From Chloroflexota bacterium (GTDB lineage: Bacteria > Chloroflexota > Limnocylindria > Limnocylindrales > CSP1-4): a DNA stretch of 64,000 nucleotides. The position numbers and the translations under genes are program-made. The stretch lies in NCBI GenBank assembly GCA_039933295.1, contig JBDTOJ010000077.1, forward strand, positions 9,419 through 73,418. The letters run 5' to 3'. Below the pieces are notes generated by a model. It saw nothing but the letters and a program-made list of their open reading frames with translations, searched no databases and was not told the origin of the DNA. Every line of letters starts with the position of its first letter. Positions within the stretch are counted from its first letter, which is position 1. This document shows, one piece after another, positions 16,905 to 27,039 of the stretch.

Positions 16905-19093
16905 TCGCTCGACGCCTCGTGCCGTCCCGGATCGCGTCCGTCGGCGCCTCGATTCCGGATATGCCGGGCAGTGTCCCGCTGATCGCTGCGGGCGGGATCA
17001 TCCTGATCATCGCGGTCCTCGTGGCGACGACGGCGATCGGGAGTGGCGACTATGGCCAGTGGCTGATGGTCTCCCGGGCCTTCGGTGGCGCGACGACGCC
17101 GGCGTATCGGGCCCTTGGGGACGTTCCACCGCTCGTCCCGACGCTGATTGCGCTGATCGCCGGCTGGGTCGGCAATCCCGTCCTCGCCCTGCACCTCGTC
17201 GGGTTCGTCATCGTCGCCGGTCTGGGTGGTGCGCTCTTCGCCGTCGGGCGTGCGGTAGACGGGCGCACGGCGACCGGACTGGTCGCTGTCATCCTCGGGC
17301 TTCTGGTCACGGACCGGTACCTGGAACTGCTGGCCTTCGGCGGACTCCTCCAGGCCGCGGCCGTCGTCTTCCTGATGCTGGCGATCGCGGCGTTCACTGC
17401 CGCACTTCGAAGTGCGGCTGCGGAGCGGCGCTGGTGGATGGCGGGTTGCGTGGCACTTATGGCCGCCTGCCTCACCCATGTCCCAACCGCGACGATCGCG
17501 CTCCCGGTCTGCCTGGCCACGGCCGCCCTGACCCTGCTTCCGCGTGCCGGAGTGACCTTCGCGACACGACTTCGGGCCGCCTGGCCGCTCGGGGCCGCCA
17601 TGGCCGTGATCGGGGCCTACTGGATCCTCGTGATTGCGCCGGCCTCGGTCGGCTACGTGGCGAATCCGGCCAGCCTCGCGTGGCGGGGACCTGAGCGAGT
17701 GCTCGATGTGCTCGCATCCTATCCGCCCACGATCGGCATCCTCGTCCTTGGCATTGCCTACCTGGGCCGCTGGGCCTGGCGCCTGGCGCGGGATCGGCGC
17801 ATGCCGCCGTCGTCGGATGCGCGACTGGTTCTCGCGACCTGGGTCGCGGTCTCGTGGGGTGCCTACGTCTTCTCGGCCTTCACCGGCGCAGCGACCGATT
17901 ACCCGCGCTTCGGGCCACTCCTCCTCGCCCCGCTTCTGGTCGCCGGAGCGGCAATGCTCGGCGCGGTCGGCGCGGACCTGCACCGGCGTTCACCCGGACG
18001 CGCCACTGGCGAGCGCGGCCTCGCGGTCATCGGACTTGCGATCGTTCTGGTGGCCCCGTTCAGCATCGCGCGCTACCAGTCCGAGGCCTCGGGATACCAA
18101 CTGACCGACGATCAGGCGCTCGCCGCAGCGGCGGCATGGGCAGATTCCCGGCTGATGCCGGGCGTCTCGATCCTCGCCCCGGTGCGGGAGGCCAAATGGA
18201 TCGAGGGCCTGACCGGGCGGCCCGCCTTGTTCAGCAGCCAGATCCGCTATGCGTTCCGGCCCATCGAGTGGGAGCGTGGCCTTGCCGCCAGCGCGCTGCT
18301 GCGGGGCAACCTGTCGCTCGCCAACGAGTCCTTCTTTCTGACGATGACCGACGGAGCTCCGACCGATGCCGGCGCGCAGCCACGATCGATCATCATCGGA
18401 GCGAACCACGGCGGCGAGTTCCTCGACCTGCTGAGGGTCGTGCCGGCTTCGATGGTCATCGTGGCCGCCGATGGATCCACGCTCGCAAGCCTGCCCGCCC
18501 TCGGCGCTCGCGGGATGGAGACGATGAGCGCGCCTGATCGACTCACGACCACGACGCACTGGGCCGGTACGCGCGGGCGATCACCGGTTGCGCTGACGCA
18601 GGTTCTCGCGATGACCCGGGGCACGACGTGGTTCGACCTCGATCTTCACGTCGATACCCCGCTGCCGATCGGCGGCCTGCTGATGGAGTTGCGACCACCG
18701 ACGGGCATCGCGCTGACCAAGGTGGACTCCGCGAACGGCACGGCGGAACTGACCTTCTCGCGATACGGACGTGACGAACCGCGACTGCGCCTCGAGGTGT
18801 CCGGCGGGACGATCACGTGGGCGCCGAGTGGGGGATTGCTCATCCAGGTCTCGGGTACGGACCTTTCGCTGCGGGTCACGGATCTGACGGTAGGCGGCGC
18901 CTCGACATCGCTCCGGCTGCTCGACCCGCGCCAACTGGTGGCCGACTACAACGTCGGCGCAGCCGTCCTGCGTCGCGACCCGGCCTACGAGGACCGCCGC
19001 CGGCGCCTCGAGTTCCTCGGATTCCACGTGGCGCACGTCGATGGCCCGTACGTCGTGATGGTCCGTACCGGCGCCGCCATCCCTGCCCCATGA
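16898..19093 (+). CDS. Polytopic membrane protein (at least 11 TM) with about 330-aa C-terminal extracytoplasmic domain; putative GT-C-type polyprenol-P-sugar-dependent transferase
   Basis: Its ATG overlaps the GT4 stop (ATGGTGA). Hydrophobic N-terminal 400 aa, with an acidic residue in the first loop (SGDYGQW). It sits between the GT2 synthase and the pyruvyl transferase. No family is recognised with confidence. Confidence 0.5.
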   Translation: MVIARRLVPSRIASVGASIPDMPGSVPLIAAGGIILIIAVLVATTAIGSGDYGQWLMVSRAFGGATTPAYRALGDVPPLVPTLIALIAGWVGNPVLALHLVGFVIVAGLGGALFAVGRAVDGRTATGLVAVILGLLVTDRYLELLAFGGLLQAAAVVFLMLAIAAFTAALRSAAAERRWWMAGCVALMAACLTHVPTATIALPVCLATAALTLLPRAGVTFATRLRAAWPLGAAMAVIGAYWILVIAPASVGYVANPASLAWRGPERVLDVLASYPPTIGILVLGIAYLGRWAWRLARDRRMPPSSDARLVLATWVAVSWGAYVFSAFTGAATDYPRFGPLLLAPLLVAGAAMLGAVGADLHRRSPGRATGERGLAVIGLAIVLVAPFSIARYQSEASGYQLTDDQALAAAAAWADSRLMPGVSILAPVREAKWIEGLTGRPALFSSQIRYAFRPIEWERGLAASALLRGNLSLANESFFLTMTDGAPTDAGAQPRSIIIGANHGGEFLDLLRVVPASMVIVAADGSTLASLPALGARGMETMSAPDRLTTTTHWAGTRGRSPVALTQVLAMTRGTTWFDLDLHVDTPLPIGGLLMELRPPTGIALTKVDSANGTAELTFSRYGRDEPRLRLEVSGGTITWAPSGGLLIQVSGTDLSLRVTDLTVGGASTSLRLLDPRQLVADYNVGAAVLRRDPAYEDRRRRLEFLGFHVAHVDGPYVVMVRTGAAIPAP

Positions 19094-20094
19094 TGGATCG
19101 CTACGGCACCGAAGCGCTGCGACGGCCGATCCTGGTCGTGGGGGGTTACGGCTACCGCAACGCGGGCGACGAGGCGATGCTCACCGGCCTGCTGAACCTG
19201 CTCGGCCGGGACGGGACGACCGTCGTCTCGCGAGCGCCCGCGGAGACGACTGCGCAGCACGGTGTTCGTGCGGTCTCGATCGGTGGGGCCCCTGCCGCGA
19301 TGGTCCGACATCGAGGTCTCGTGATCGGCGGCGGTGGCCTGTTCGGTCGGGACATGGGCGCCCTCGGGCGGCTGCTGCCGGTGGCGGGAATCGTGGCGGC
19401 GGCCGCCGGCCGACCGGTGGTCCTGACCGGGATCGGCGTGGACGACGGGATGCCCCAAGCGTCCCGATGGCTCCTCGCGAAGCTCGGGGAGCGGGCTCGA
19501 TCCGTCGTCGTGCGGGACGAGGAGTCGCGCCGAGTCCTCGCCGAGCTCGGCGTGACCGCATCCGTGGCGCCGGACCTCTCGTCGCTCGTCGCGTCCGCTG
19601 GCCGCTCGGTCGGTGAGGGTCAACTTCGTTCGGCTGGTCTCGAGCCCTCACGTAGACCCGTCGTCGGGCTGTGTCTCACGGCGGTCAACGCCTCCATGCT
19701 TGCGCCGATGCGCCAGGCGATCCTCGAGGCGGTCGATGCCCGGCAGGACCTCGATTTCTGCCTGATTCCGATGAGCCGACACCCCTTCGTGGCGACCCAC
19801 AACGACGAGACCCTGGCTCGGAGCCTCGTCGTCGAACGCCCACGACTCCGGGTCCTGCTCCCGCCCGACGATCCAGCGATGCTCCTGGGCGTGTTCGAGG
19901 CGCTCGGCGCAGCGGTCTGCATGCGCTACCACAGCCTGCTGTTCGCCGATCGAGCCGGGCTCCCGATCGTCGGCATCGCCTACGCCGAGAAGTGCCGCCA
20001 TTGGCTGAGCGATCGGGGTCTCGAGCCTGTGGCGCCAACCGGCCCCGCCCTGCTCGCCCGGCTCGAAGGCGTTGCAGCAAGGGCGGCGGCATGA
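19090..20094 (+). CDS. Polysaccharide pyruvyl transferase (CsaB/WcaK family)
   Basis: MMDRYG...ILVVGGYGYRNAGDEAMLTGLL, typical of the PF04230 N-terminus. The ATG overlaps the upstream stop (ATGA). The M-ORF from 18817 is over-extended. Confidence 0.7.
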   Translation: MMDRYGTEALRRPILVVGGYGYRNAGDEAMLTGLLNLLGRDGTTVVSRAPAETTAQHGVRAVSIGGAPAAMVRHRGLVIGGGGLFGRDMGALGRLLPVAGIVAAAAGRPVVLTGIGVDDGMPQASRWLLAKLGERARSVVVRDEESRRVLAELGVTASVAPDLSSLVASAGRSVGEGQLRSAGLEPSRRPVVGLCLTAVNASMLAPMRQAILEAVDARQDLDFCLIPMSRHPFVATHNDETLARSLVVERPRLRVLLPPDDPAMLLGVFEALGAAVCMRYHSLLFADRAGLPIVGIAYAEKCRHWLSDRGLEPVAPTGPALLARLEGVAARAAA

Positions 20095-21101
20095 GCCCTG
20101 GCGTGCGCTCTCGGGTGCGGACCGGGATCCGCTGGGCGATTGGCCTCATCCTGCTCGGTGCCCTGATCTCGACACTCGACCTCGGGGCGCTTGGGGCCCG
20201 GCTCGGCTCGCTCAACTTCGGTTTGGCGGCCCCGGCGATCCTCGGGCTGGTGGCCGTCCACCTCGTAGCGGCCGCGTCGTGGCGTCGACTGACATGGCAT
20301 CTCGCCGGCGTCCGACTCGATTGGCGCACGACGATCCGGCTGTACTACGCGGGCCAGGCGCTGGGGATGGTGACGCCGGCCAATCTCGGCGCCGACGTCT
20401 ACCGGGTCATGGCCACAGACGACGGACCAGGCCGCATGCGCATGGCCCGCCCGGTCGTGATTCAGCGCCTGATGAGCATCGTCGCGCTGCTGCTGCTCGG
20501 GATCCTTGGTGCGCTCCTCGTCCCGAATATGGGATTGGGCCCGTTCGTTGCAGCGCTGCTGGTGCTTGCAGTCGGCGTGAGTGCCTTGACGGTCGTCACG
20601 ACGCGTGGCGGGCCGTCGCTGCGCGAGCACCTCGGGCGTGGGCCGGTCCTTCGCCTCGTCGAGCGGCTTGGACTCGACGGGGCCGCCGACCCGGGCACGG
20701 GCGTGGCCGCCGGCAACGTTGCGTCAGCGGCCCGCGACGGACTCGGACTCGGGCTCATTTTCCACGGGTTCAGCCTCCTGATGGGTCTGGCCCTGGTGGC
20801 CGCGGTCGAACCGAGCGTCGTTGCGCGGCCCATGGTGGTTCTCGGCGCGCTCGCAATTGCCCGATTGAGCCTGACCGTGCCGATCTCACCGAACGGCATC
20901 GGGATCCAGGAAGGCGCACTCGCGATCCTCTTCGTGCAGCTCGGGCTGCCGCCGGACGTCGCGCTCGCGGCGGCGTTGTTGAACCGGCTCGCGCTCCTGC
21001 TGACCGCCGGTCTCGGCGCCATCGCGCTCGCCCGGGGAACCCGGCACGAAGCCGCCATGCCGGTCCGCGCGGCGCTGACTGAGGCTGCTCCCGGCCGGTA
21101 G
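20091..21101 (+). CDS. Flippase-like / lysylphosphatidylglycerol-synthase TM-region family (UPF0104) membrane protein
   Basis: The ATG overlaps the pyruvyl-transferase stop (ATGA). 8 TM helices: MSPGVRSRVRTGIRWAIGLILLGALI...YYAGQALGMVTPANLGADVYR. Confidence 0.55.
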   Translation: MSPGVRSRVRTGIRWAIGLILLGALISTLDLGALGARLGSLNFGLAAPAILGLVAVHLVAAASWRRLTWHLAGVRLDWRTTIRLYYAGQALGMVTPANLGADVYRVMATDDGPGRMRMARPVVIQRLMSIVALLLLGILGALLVPNMGLGPFVAALLVLAVGVSALTVVTTRGGPSLREHLGRGPVLRLVERLGLDGAADPGTGVAAGNVASAARDGLGLGLIFHGFSLLMGLALVAAVEPSVVARPMVVLGALAIARLSLTVPISPNGIGIQEGALAILFVQLGLPPDVALAAALLNRLALLLTAGLGAIALARGTRHEAAMPVRAALTEAAPGR

Positions 21102-21194
21102 GGATCGGCGCCACGGACCCGAGGCACGGCCCGACAAACGGGCCCGCCACGGCCTCCGTGCCACGGCCCGTGCCGCTCTGTACACTCCGGAACC

Positions 21195-22304
21195 ATGACC
21201 TCACACGACGCCCGCCGCCTCCTGATCCTGACCGAAGGCCAGTTCCGGGCCCACAACGCGAAGACCGCGATGGGCGTCATCCGGTACGGCACCGACGAGA
21301 TCGTCGCGCTGCTCGATTCGTCCATCGCGGGCCACAACGTCAACGAATGGCTCCCGGGGCACGACATTCCGGCCGTCGGGGCGCTGGCCGAGGCCCTCGC
21401 GATGCCCAACCCTCCCAATACGCTCCTCATCGGGATCGCACCGACCGGTGGGCGCCTGCCCGATGACTGGCGCGGGATCATCATCGCGGCGCTCCGTGCC
21501 GGTCTCGACCTCCACTCGGGACTGCACACATTCCTGGGGGACGATGCCGAGTTCTCAACCGAGGCAGCGTCGTCTGGGGCCCGGATCGTTGACTACCGAC
21601 GCCCCCCGGAGCGTCATGAAACGGCGATCGGGCGCCGCCACCGGCCCGGCTCACGGGTCATCCTGACGGTGGGCACGGATTGCGCGATCGGCAAGATGTC
21701 GGTGGCTCTGGATCTGCGCAAGTCGGCGCTGAAGGCGGGCGACAACGTTGTCTTCGTGCCGACCGGCCAGACGGGCATGATGATCGACGGCTGGGGCGTC
21801 GCGATCGATCGTGTCATCAGCGATTTCGCCCAGGGAACCGTGGAGTGGATGACCGGCGAGGCCGAGGCGCGCGGCGACTGGGTCATCGTCGAGGGGCAGG
21901 GCTCCCTGGACCATCCGGCGTATTCGTCGGTCACGCTGAGCCTCATTCACGGCTCAACGCCGCATGCACTGGTGATGGTCCACAAGCCCGGGATGGCGAA
22001 CCATGACTTCGACCATCTGCCGGACGTGTCCTTCCCGATCGCGAGCCTTCCGGAGTTCATTCGCCTCCACGAGAAGGTTGCCGGGCTCGTGGCGCCGAGC
22101 CGGGTCGTGGCCCTCGCACTCAACACCTCGCTGTATCCGGACGACGCGGATGCGCGCCAGGTCATCGAAGACATCTCGAAGGAGACGGGCCTCCCTGCCG
22201 GCGATCCGGTGCGCTTCGGCGGGGACGGGTTGTGGGCATCCATTCACACGGCGGTCGAAGCGCTTCCGTGGGTCCAGGCAAACGACGCCCGGATCGAGGC
22301 GTGA
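21195..22304 (+). CDS. DUF1611-domain protein (Rossmann-like, partner of dipeptide epimerase)
   Basis: Core region: ILTEGQFRAHNAKTAMGVIRYG...VILTVGTDCAIGKMSVALDL...VEGQGSLDHPAYS. Confidence 0.7.
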   Translation: MTSHDARRLLILTEGQFRAHNAKTAMGVIRYGTDEIVALLDSSIAGHNVNEWLPGHDIPAVGALAEALAMPNPPNTLLIGIAPTGGRLPDDWRGIIIAALRAGLDLHSGLHTFLGDDAEFSTEAASSGARIVDYRRPPERHETAIGRRHRPGSRVILTVGTDCAIGKMSVALDLRKSALKAGDNVVFVPTGQTGMMIDGWGVAIDRVISDFAQGTVEWMTGEAEARGDWVIVEGQGSLDHPAYSSVTLSLIHGSTPHALVMVHKPGMANHDFDHLPDVSFPIASLPEFIRLHEKVAGLVAPSRVVALALNTSLYPDDADARQVIEDISKETGLPAGDPVRFGGDGLWASIHTAVEALPWVQANDARIEA

Positions 22305-23350
22305 CGCTCCGGATTCGACACGAGACACTCCAGCTCCGCTTGCGGGAGCCGTTCCGTATCGCCCGCTCGGAGCCCGGGGCAGGTCAGTTCGTGACGACGG
22401 TCGTGGTCGAGCTCGAGGACGACCGATTTCCGGGGATCGTGGGGATCGGCGAGGGATACCCGGATCGGTTCTACGGCGACACCCCGGAGACGATGGCTGC
22501 CGTCTACCCGCTGCTGCTGGCCTCGATCGGCGAACCCGACCCGTCACCAGCGGGTCTTCAGGCGGCCGGTGAGGCGATGCGCGACGCGATCCGTTGGAAC
22601 GGCGGCGCGAAGTGCGCCGTGGACTCGGCTCTCCACGATCTCGTTGGCAAGATCACCGGGCGCCCGGTCTGGGACCTGCTGGGACTGTCGCCGGATATTC
22701 CGCCGACCGATTTCACGCTCGGCCTCGATGAACCGGACGTCGTCCGGGAGCGTGCCCGACGCGCTAGCGCGTTCCCGGCCCTCAAGATCAAGTGCGGAGG
22801 ACCCGCCGACGTCGCGACGCTGCGCGCCGTACGCGAGGTCTTCGAGGGACCCATTCGCGTCGATGCCAACACTGGCTGGACCCCCGACGTTGCCCGGGCA
22901 CTTCTCCCGGACTTGATTTCGCTGGGGGTCGAGCTCATCGAGCAACCATTTCCCGCCGCTCGCCTGGACTGGATGGCCGAACTGCAACAGCACTCGACCC
23001 TGCCGATCGTCGCCGACGAGTCGTGCGTCACGGATGAGGATCTCGATGGTCTCGTCGGGGTCGTGGCCGGGGTCAACGTCAAGCTCGCGAAGGTCGGTGG
23101 GCCGGGGCCAGCGGCGCGAATGCTCGCTCGGGCCCGAGACCTTGGCTTTCGTCGATTCCTCGGCTGCATGGAGGAGACATCGGTCGTCATTGCGGCCTCC
23201 GCGGCGTGCGCATCGCTCGTCGAGTGGGCGGATCTCGATGGCTGCCTGCTGATCGCCGATGACCCATTCGAGGGCCTCGAGCTGGGCGCTGATCATCGCT
23301 GGCAGTTGGGCGATCGACCAGGTCTTGGCGTGGCGCGCCGCACCAGCTGA
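22301..23350 (+). CDS. Enolase-superfamily dipeptide epimerase (L-Ala-D/L-Glu epimerase-like)
   Basis: The GTG start overlaps the DUF1611 stop (GTGA). It carries KIKCGG (catalytic Lys), IRVDANTGW, and the ELIEQP...IVADES metal ligands. Confidence 0.75.
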   Translation: MTLRIRHETLQLRLREPFRIARSEPGAGQFVTTVVVELEDDRFPGIVGIGEGYPDRFYGDTPETMAAVYPLLLASIGEPDPSPAGLQAAGEAMRDAIRWNGGAKCAVDSALHDLVGKITGRPVWDLLGLSPDIPPTDFTLGLDEPDVVRERARRASAFPALKIKCGGPADVATLRAVREVFEGPIRVDANTGWTPDVARALLPDLISLGVELIEQPFPAARLDWMAELQQHSTLPIVADESCVTDEDLDGLVGVVAGVNVKLAKVGGPGPAARMLARARDLGFRRFLGCMEETSVVIAASAACASLVEWADLDGCLLIADDPFEGLELGADHRWQLGDRPGLGVARRTS

Positions 23351-23592
23351 CGGGTCTGAAATCGACCCCGGATACTGAACGTTTCGGACCCTGTGGATAA
23401 CTTGGTGGACGAAAAGGTGGAGAAGGCCCTAGGCGTCTGACGGCCATCCGGCGTACCATCCGCATGTCGGCAGCGAACCAAGGGAGGGGGGTCAGCCGGC
23501 CACCCAGCTACCACCCGCAGCCGCGGGCCACGGTCCATTTCGCCGTGCCTCGGGCCAGCCTGAATGCGCCCCGTCGTGGAGGAGATTGATTG

Positions 23593-23877
23593 ATGGTTTC
23601 GCGCGCCGCGCCTGTCGCTGCGCCGTCCGACGAGGCGGTCGAGTTCGTCCGATTCTGCTACGAGCGCCGCAAGGTCGGATGGCCCGAGCTGTACGACGAA
23701 ATGTGCGGAGTCGCGGGCCGGGGCCTGTTCAAGGGCTGGAGTGCCGAGGACCTGTCAGCGAACGGGATCGGCCTGAGCCTGTTCGAGATGCCCGCCCTGG
23801 CAGCCCTCGTCAGCGAAGTGGTCAACGAGGATCGAGGCCGGATCAAGGTTCGGATTGCGGGCGAAGCTCCGGCCTGA
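23593..23877 (+). CDS. Hypothetical small protein (94 aa)
   Basis: RBS ggagga about 10 nt upstream of the ATG. No recognisable domain. Confidence 0.35.
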   Translation: MVSRAAPVAAPSDEAVEFVRFCYERRKVGWPELYDEMCGVAGRGLFKGWSAEDLSANGIGLSLFEMPALAALVSEVVNEDRGRIKVRIAGEAPA

Positions 23878-23971
23878 TTCGAAGTCCGTTCTGCATTCCG
23901 GTCGCCGGCCCCATACGAGGCGCCGGCCTGGTACGAGCCTCGCGGCCGGTCCCGCGCAGATAGGCCGCCGG

Positions 23972-24199
23972 TCAGGCGCGGATGCGCCGCCGGGCCATCT
24001 CGCCCTCGATCTGTCGTTCAGCCTCGACGTACCGGTCGATCTGCTCACGGAGCTGGTTCGCTTCAGGGACGTAGAGGTGCACCTGCTGTTGCAGGATGTA
24101 GCTCAGGCGTCGGCTGGTCATCCGAACGTGGTCCAGATTCTTCATGAGGACCAGCGGATCCATCGAGGCGAGATCCGATGGGTGGTACATCTGCTGCAT
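23972..24199 (-). CDS. Hypothetical small helical protein (75 aa) downstream of the methyltransferase
   Basis: ORF 60 bp downstream of the MTase stop on the same strand. Charged, coiled-coil-like (QLREQIDRYVEAERQIEGEMARRR). Confidence 0.3.
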   Translation of the reverse strand: MQQMYHPSDLASMDPLVLMKNLDHVRMTSRRLSYILQQQVHLYVPEANQLREQIDRYVEAERQIEGEMARRRIRA

Positions 24200-24258
24200 G
24201 GCCGCATTCTAGCGGCGCCCTTGCCCCCTCGCAGCCGCTGATGGCTGAGGCCCGGTGG

Positions 24259-25608
24259 CTACAGCCCGCGCAACCTGGGTGGCCATGTCCAGTCGATCGG
24301 GATCGATGCGCCGCTCAGCGCCCGGCGACGCCCGAGTTCGGTCGCGCCGATGACCAGGATCCGATCCAGCTGCGTCGCCCGACCGGCCTCGTCGCCCCAC
24401 AGCTTGGTCATCTTGCGAAGCGCGTGGACTTCGTCCAGGGCCACGCCCGCAAGTCGGTAACCCTCGGGCGCCGCCGCTTCGGCCCATACCTGCTCGGCGA
24501 GCCCATGCCCGGAGCTGATCTTGCGGCCTCGATCCGTCGCCACGTCACCGATCACGAGAACGACGATGCCATCGTCCGTGAGCGACGGGCGAAGCCCGTG
24601 CAGGACCTCGCGCATGAAGCCGAGATACGGGGCGCGGTGATGGGCGTCGTCCAGCGTGGCATCGATGACCTTGGGGTCGAAGCCGAGGAACCAGGCGCGT
24701 AGCCAGTTGTAGTAGCCGTACTTCACGACTCGCAGGTACGGTGGCGACGTCACGACGAGGCGTACCCGGTCGGGCAGGCCGTGCGCACGGAGCGCTGTCG
24801 TAGCCCGCCGGCCGGCATCCCGCGCGTCGCCCAGGAGCGAGATCCCCGGCGATCCGGGTGGCGGAGCGCGGAACAGGCGATCCAGCTTGGCCGAGAGGCC
24901 GCCGAACACATCCCGCTCGGACGAAACGTAGCCTGTCCTGGCCGCGTAGTCGCGGACGTAGCGTGGCGCCATGCTGAACGTGTTCGGCATAAGGTCCGAC
25001 AGATACGAGGCGCTCTTGCCGTGGAGAATCCCGGTGATTGCCGCAGCCAGGAAGCGGTCAACTCGATCGTTGAGGTCGAGCGAATCCCGGACGTACAGAA
25101 GCTGCCCGAAGGTCGTCGGGTGGAAGGCGAGCGCCACTTCCGCCGGCACCGGATCCGGCCCTCCGTGCTCAGGATCGGACTGGATTGCGTTGGCTTGCGC
25201 CAGATACGCGGGCGCGGCGGCCGGCCAGGCGAGCCGAAGTCTGGCGACGCGCGTCCGAGCCTCGGCTGGCGAGGCCGGATCGACTTTCGATGCGGTCAGG
25301 AGATGGGCGAACGGGTTGAGGTCGTTGCCGACCCCGACGCGACCCTCCGCGCTCGCCTGCAACGGGACAGTGCCACGACCGGCGAACGGGTCGAGGACGA
25401 CATCGCCGGGTCGGCTGTAGCGCGCGATGAACGCGTGGGTCAGGGCTGCGGGAAAGCTCGCCAGGTACGAGCACATCGGGTGGAACGGATGGCCCCATAG
25501 CCGCTGCTGCGCCTTCCATTCGGGTTCGATCCCGAGGCACGGCAGTTCGGTGGCGAGCTCGAGGTCGAGTTGCGTCGCGGCGCCTTGCGCGCCGGTTGTG
25601 GCGGCCAT
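24259..25608 (-). CDS. SAM-dependent DNA methyltransferase (N6-adenine/N4-cytosine type, PF01555-like), apparent orphan
   Basis: Motif X/I FPAALTHAFIARYSRPGDVVLDPFAGRGT near the N-terminus. Motif IV VVTSPPYLRVVKYGYY sits about 215 aa later, giving alpha-like order with an intervening TRD. No restriction endonuclease is adjacent. Confidence 0.6.
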   Translation of the reverse strand: MAATTGAQGAATQLDLELATELPCLGIEPEWKAQQRLWGHPFHPMCSYLASFPAALTHAFIARYSRPGDVVLDPFAGRGTVPLQASAEGRVGVGNDLNPFAHLLTASKVDPASPAEARTRVARLRLAWPAAAPAYLAQANAIQSDPEHGGPDPVPAEVALAFHPTTFGQLLYVRDSLDLNDRVDRFLAAAITGILHGKSASYLSDLMPNTFSMAPRYVRDYAARTGYVSSERDVFGGLSAKLDRLFRAPPPGSPGISLLGDARDAGRRATTALRAHGLPDRVRLVVTSPPYLRVVKYGYYNWLRAWFLGFDPKVIDATLDDAHHRAPYLGFMREVLHGLRPSLTDDGIVVLVIGDVATDRGRKISSGHGLAEQVWAEAAAPEGYRLAGVALDEVHALRKMTKLWGDEAGRATQLDRILVIGATELGRRRALSGASIPIDWTWPPRLRGL

Positions 25609-25733
25609 TCGGCGATCTGGGCTCCCGTCACCCGCCAGCGCACGTCCGATGCGCCCGTCGGGTCGGTGACAGTAGCGGTCGCCTCCCGGGTACTGTCAAT
25701 AGGTCGATCGGCGCACCGGTCGGGACCCGAGGA

Positions 25734-27035
25734 TCAGCCGAGCCCGGCCAGGATCTCGTCGAGCGCCTCGATGGTGCGATCGATGTCGGCGGCTTCGATC
25801 ACCAGGGGCGGCTTGATCTTGATCACGTCATGCTCAGGTCCATCGATGCTGAGCAGGATCCCGCGGGCCACCGCGCCCTCGACAACGGCGCTCGCCAGCT
25901 CCGGCGCCGGTTCGCGTGTCGCTCGGTCGCGGACGAGAACGATGCCGAGGTAGAGCCCGAGACCGCGTACATCGCCGATCTGATCGTGGCGAGTCGCGAG
26001 TTCGCGGAGGCCCGAGAGGAACCGTTCCCCGAGTTTCGCGGCACGTTCGCGGAGGTGCTCATCCTCGATGACATCCAGCACCGCGAGCCCGACGGCCGCC
26101 GAAACGGGATTGCCGCCGAACGTGTTGAAGTACTCCATGCCGTTGACGAAGGCATCCGCGACCGCGCGTGTTGTGACGACGGCCCCGAGGGGATGGCCGT
26201 TGCCGAGCGGCTTGCCCATCGTGACGATGTCCGGCAACGCACCATCCACCTCGAAGCCCCACCAGTGGGTGCCGACTCGCCCCAGGCCGACCTGGACCTC
26301 GTCGGCGATGACGACCGCTCCGGCGCGGTGCGCGGCCTCGTAGGCACCGGACAGGAACCCACGGGGAGGGATCACCTGGCCCGCGGTCCCGGGTGCCGAT
26401 TCGGCGATGAACGTCCCGACGGGATGGCCGGCGCCCGCGGCATCCGCGAGCACCGTTTCGACCTCCGCGACGTAGGCGGCTGCGACGGCGGTCTCCGATC
26501 CGGCCCCCGCGTGTCGGCCGCGGTACGGATCGGGGAGGGGAGCGACATGGGTCGTCGCCGGCCGTCCCGGGCCGCCAGGACCGTCGAACTTGTAGGGACT
26601 GATCTCCACGAGGCCCGAGGTGTTGCCGTGGTAGCCCGCTTCGAGGACCGCGATATCCCGCCGACCGGTCGCCGCACGGGCCATGCGGAGCGCCAGTTCA
26701 TTGGCTTCGCTTCCCGAGTTGACCAGGTGAACGACCTCGAGCGGAGCCGGAAGCGTTGCGACGAGGCGGTCGGCGTAATCGAGGATCAGCGGGTGGAGGT
26801 AGCGGGTGTTTGTCTCGAGGATCGCCTTTTGCCGGGCAGCGGCCTCGACGACCCGCGGGTGCGTGTGGCCGACGTGGGCCACGTTGTTCACCAGATCGAG
26901 GTACGGGCGATCGTCGGCGTCGTACAGGTACGCCGCCTGCCCGCGGACGATGGTGAGCGGCTTGCGATAACTCAGGGATAACTCGCGCCCGAGCCGCTGC
27001 CGGCGACGGGTCAGGAGGTCGTCAGCGTCGGTCAT
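25734..27035 (-). CDS. Class-III aminotransferase-fold protein, AGXT2L-like phospho-lyase (5-phosphohydroxylysine / O-phosphoethanolamine phospho-lyase family)
   Basis: AT-III fold: [51 protein letters not shown] (PLP Lys). Paired with an APH-family kinase, as in AGPHD1/AGXT2L2. Start set at MTDADD (27035). Confidence 0.8.
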   Translation of the reverse strand: MTDADDLLTRRRQRLGRELSLSYRKPLTIVRGQAAYLYDADDRPYLDLVNNVAHVGHTHPRVVEAAARQKAILETNTRYLHPLILDYADRLVATLPAPLEVVHLVNSGSEANELALRMARAATGRRDIAVLEAGYHGNTSGLVEISPYKFDGPGGPGRPATTHVAPLPDPYRGRHAGAGSETAVAAAYVAEVETVLADAAGAGHPVGTFIAESAPGTAGQVIPPRGFLSGAYEAAHRAGAVVIADEVQVGLGRVGTHWWGFEVDGALPDIVTMGKPLGNGHPLGAVVTTRAVADAFVNGMEYFNTFGGNPVSAAVGLAVLDVIEDEHLRERAAKLGERFLSGLRELATRHDQIGDVRGLGLYLGIVLVRDRATREPAPELASAVVEGAVARGILLSIDGPEHDVIKIKPPLVIEAADIDRTIEALDEILAGLG

Positions 27036-27039
27036 CGCA

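Noticed and set aside
24259-25608. Complete restriction-modification system around the methyltransferase
   Set aside because: The neighbours are a dipeptide epimerase and an aminotransferase. No endonuclease-like ORF (PD-(D/E)xK or HNH motifs) was seen within 5 kb on either side.
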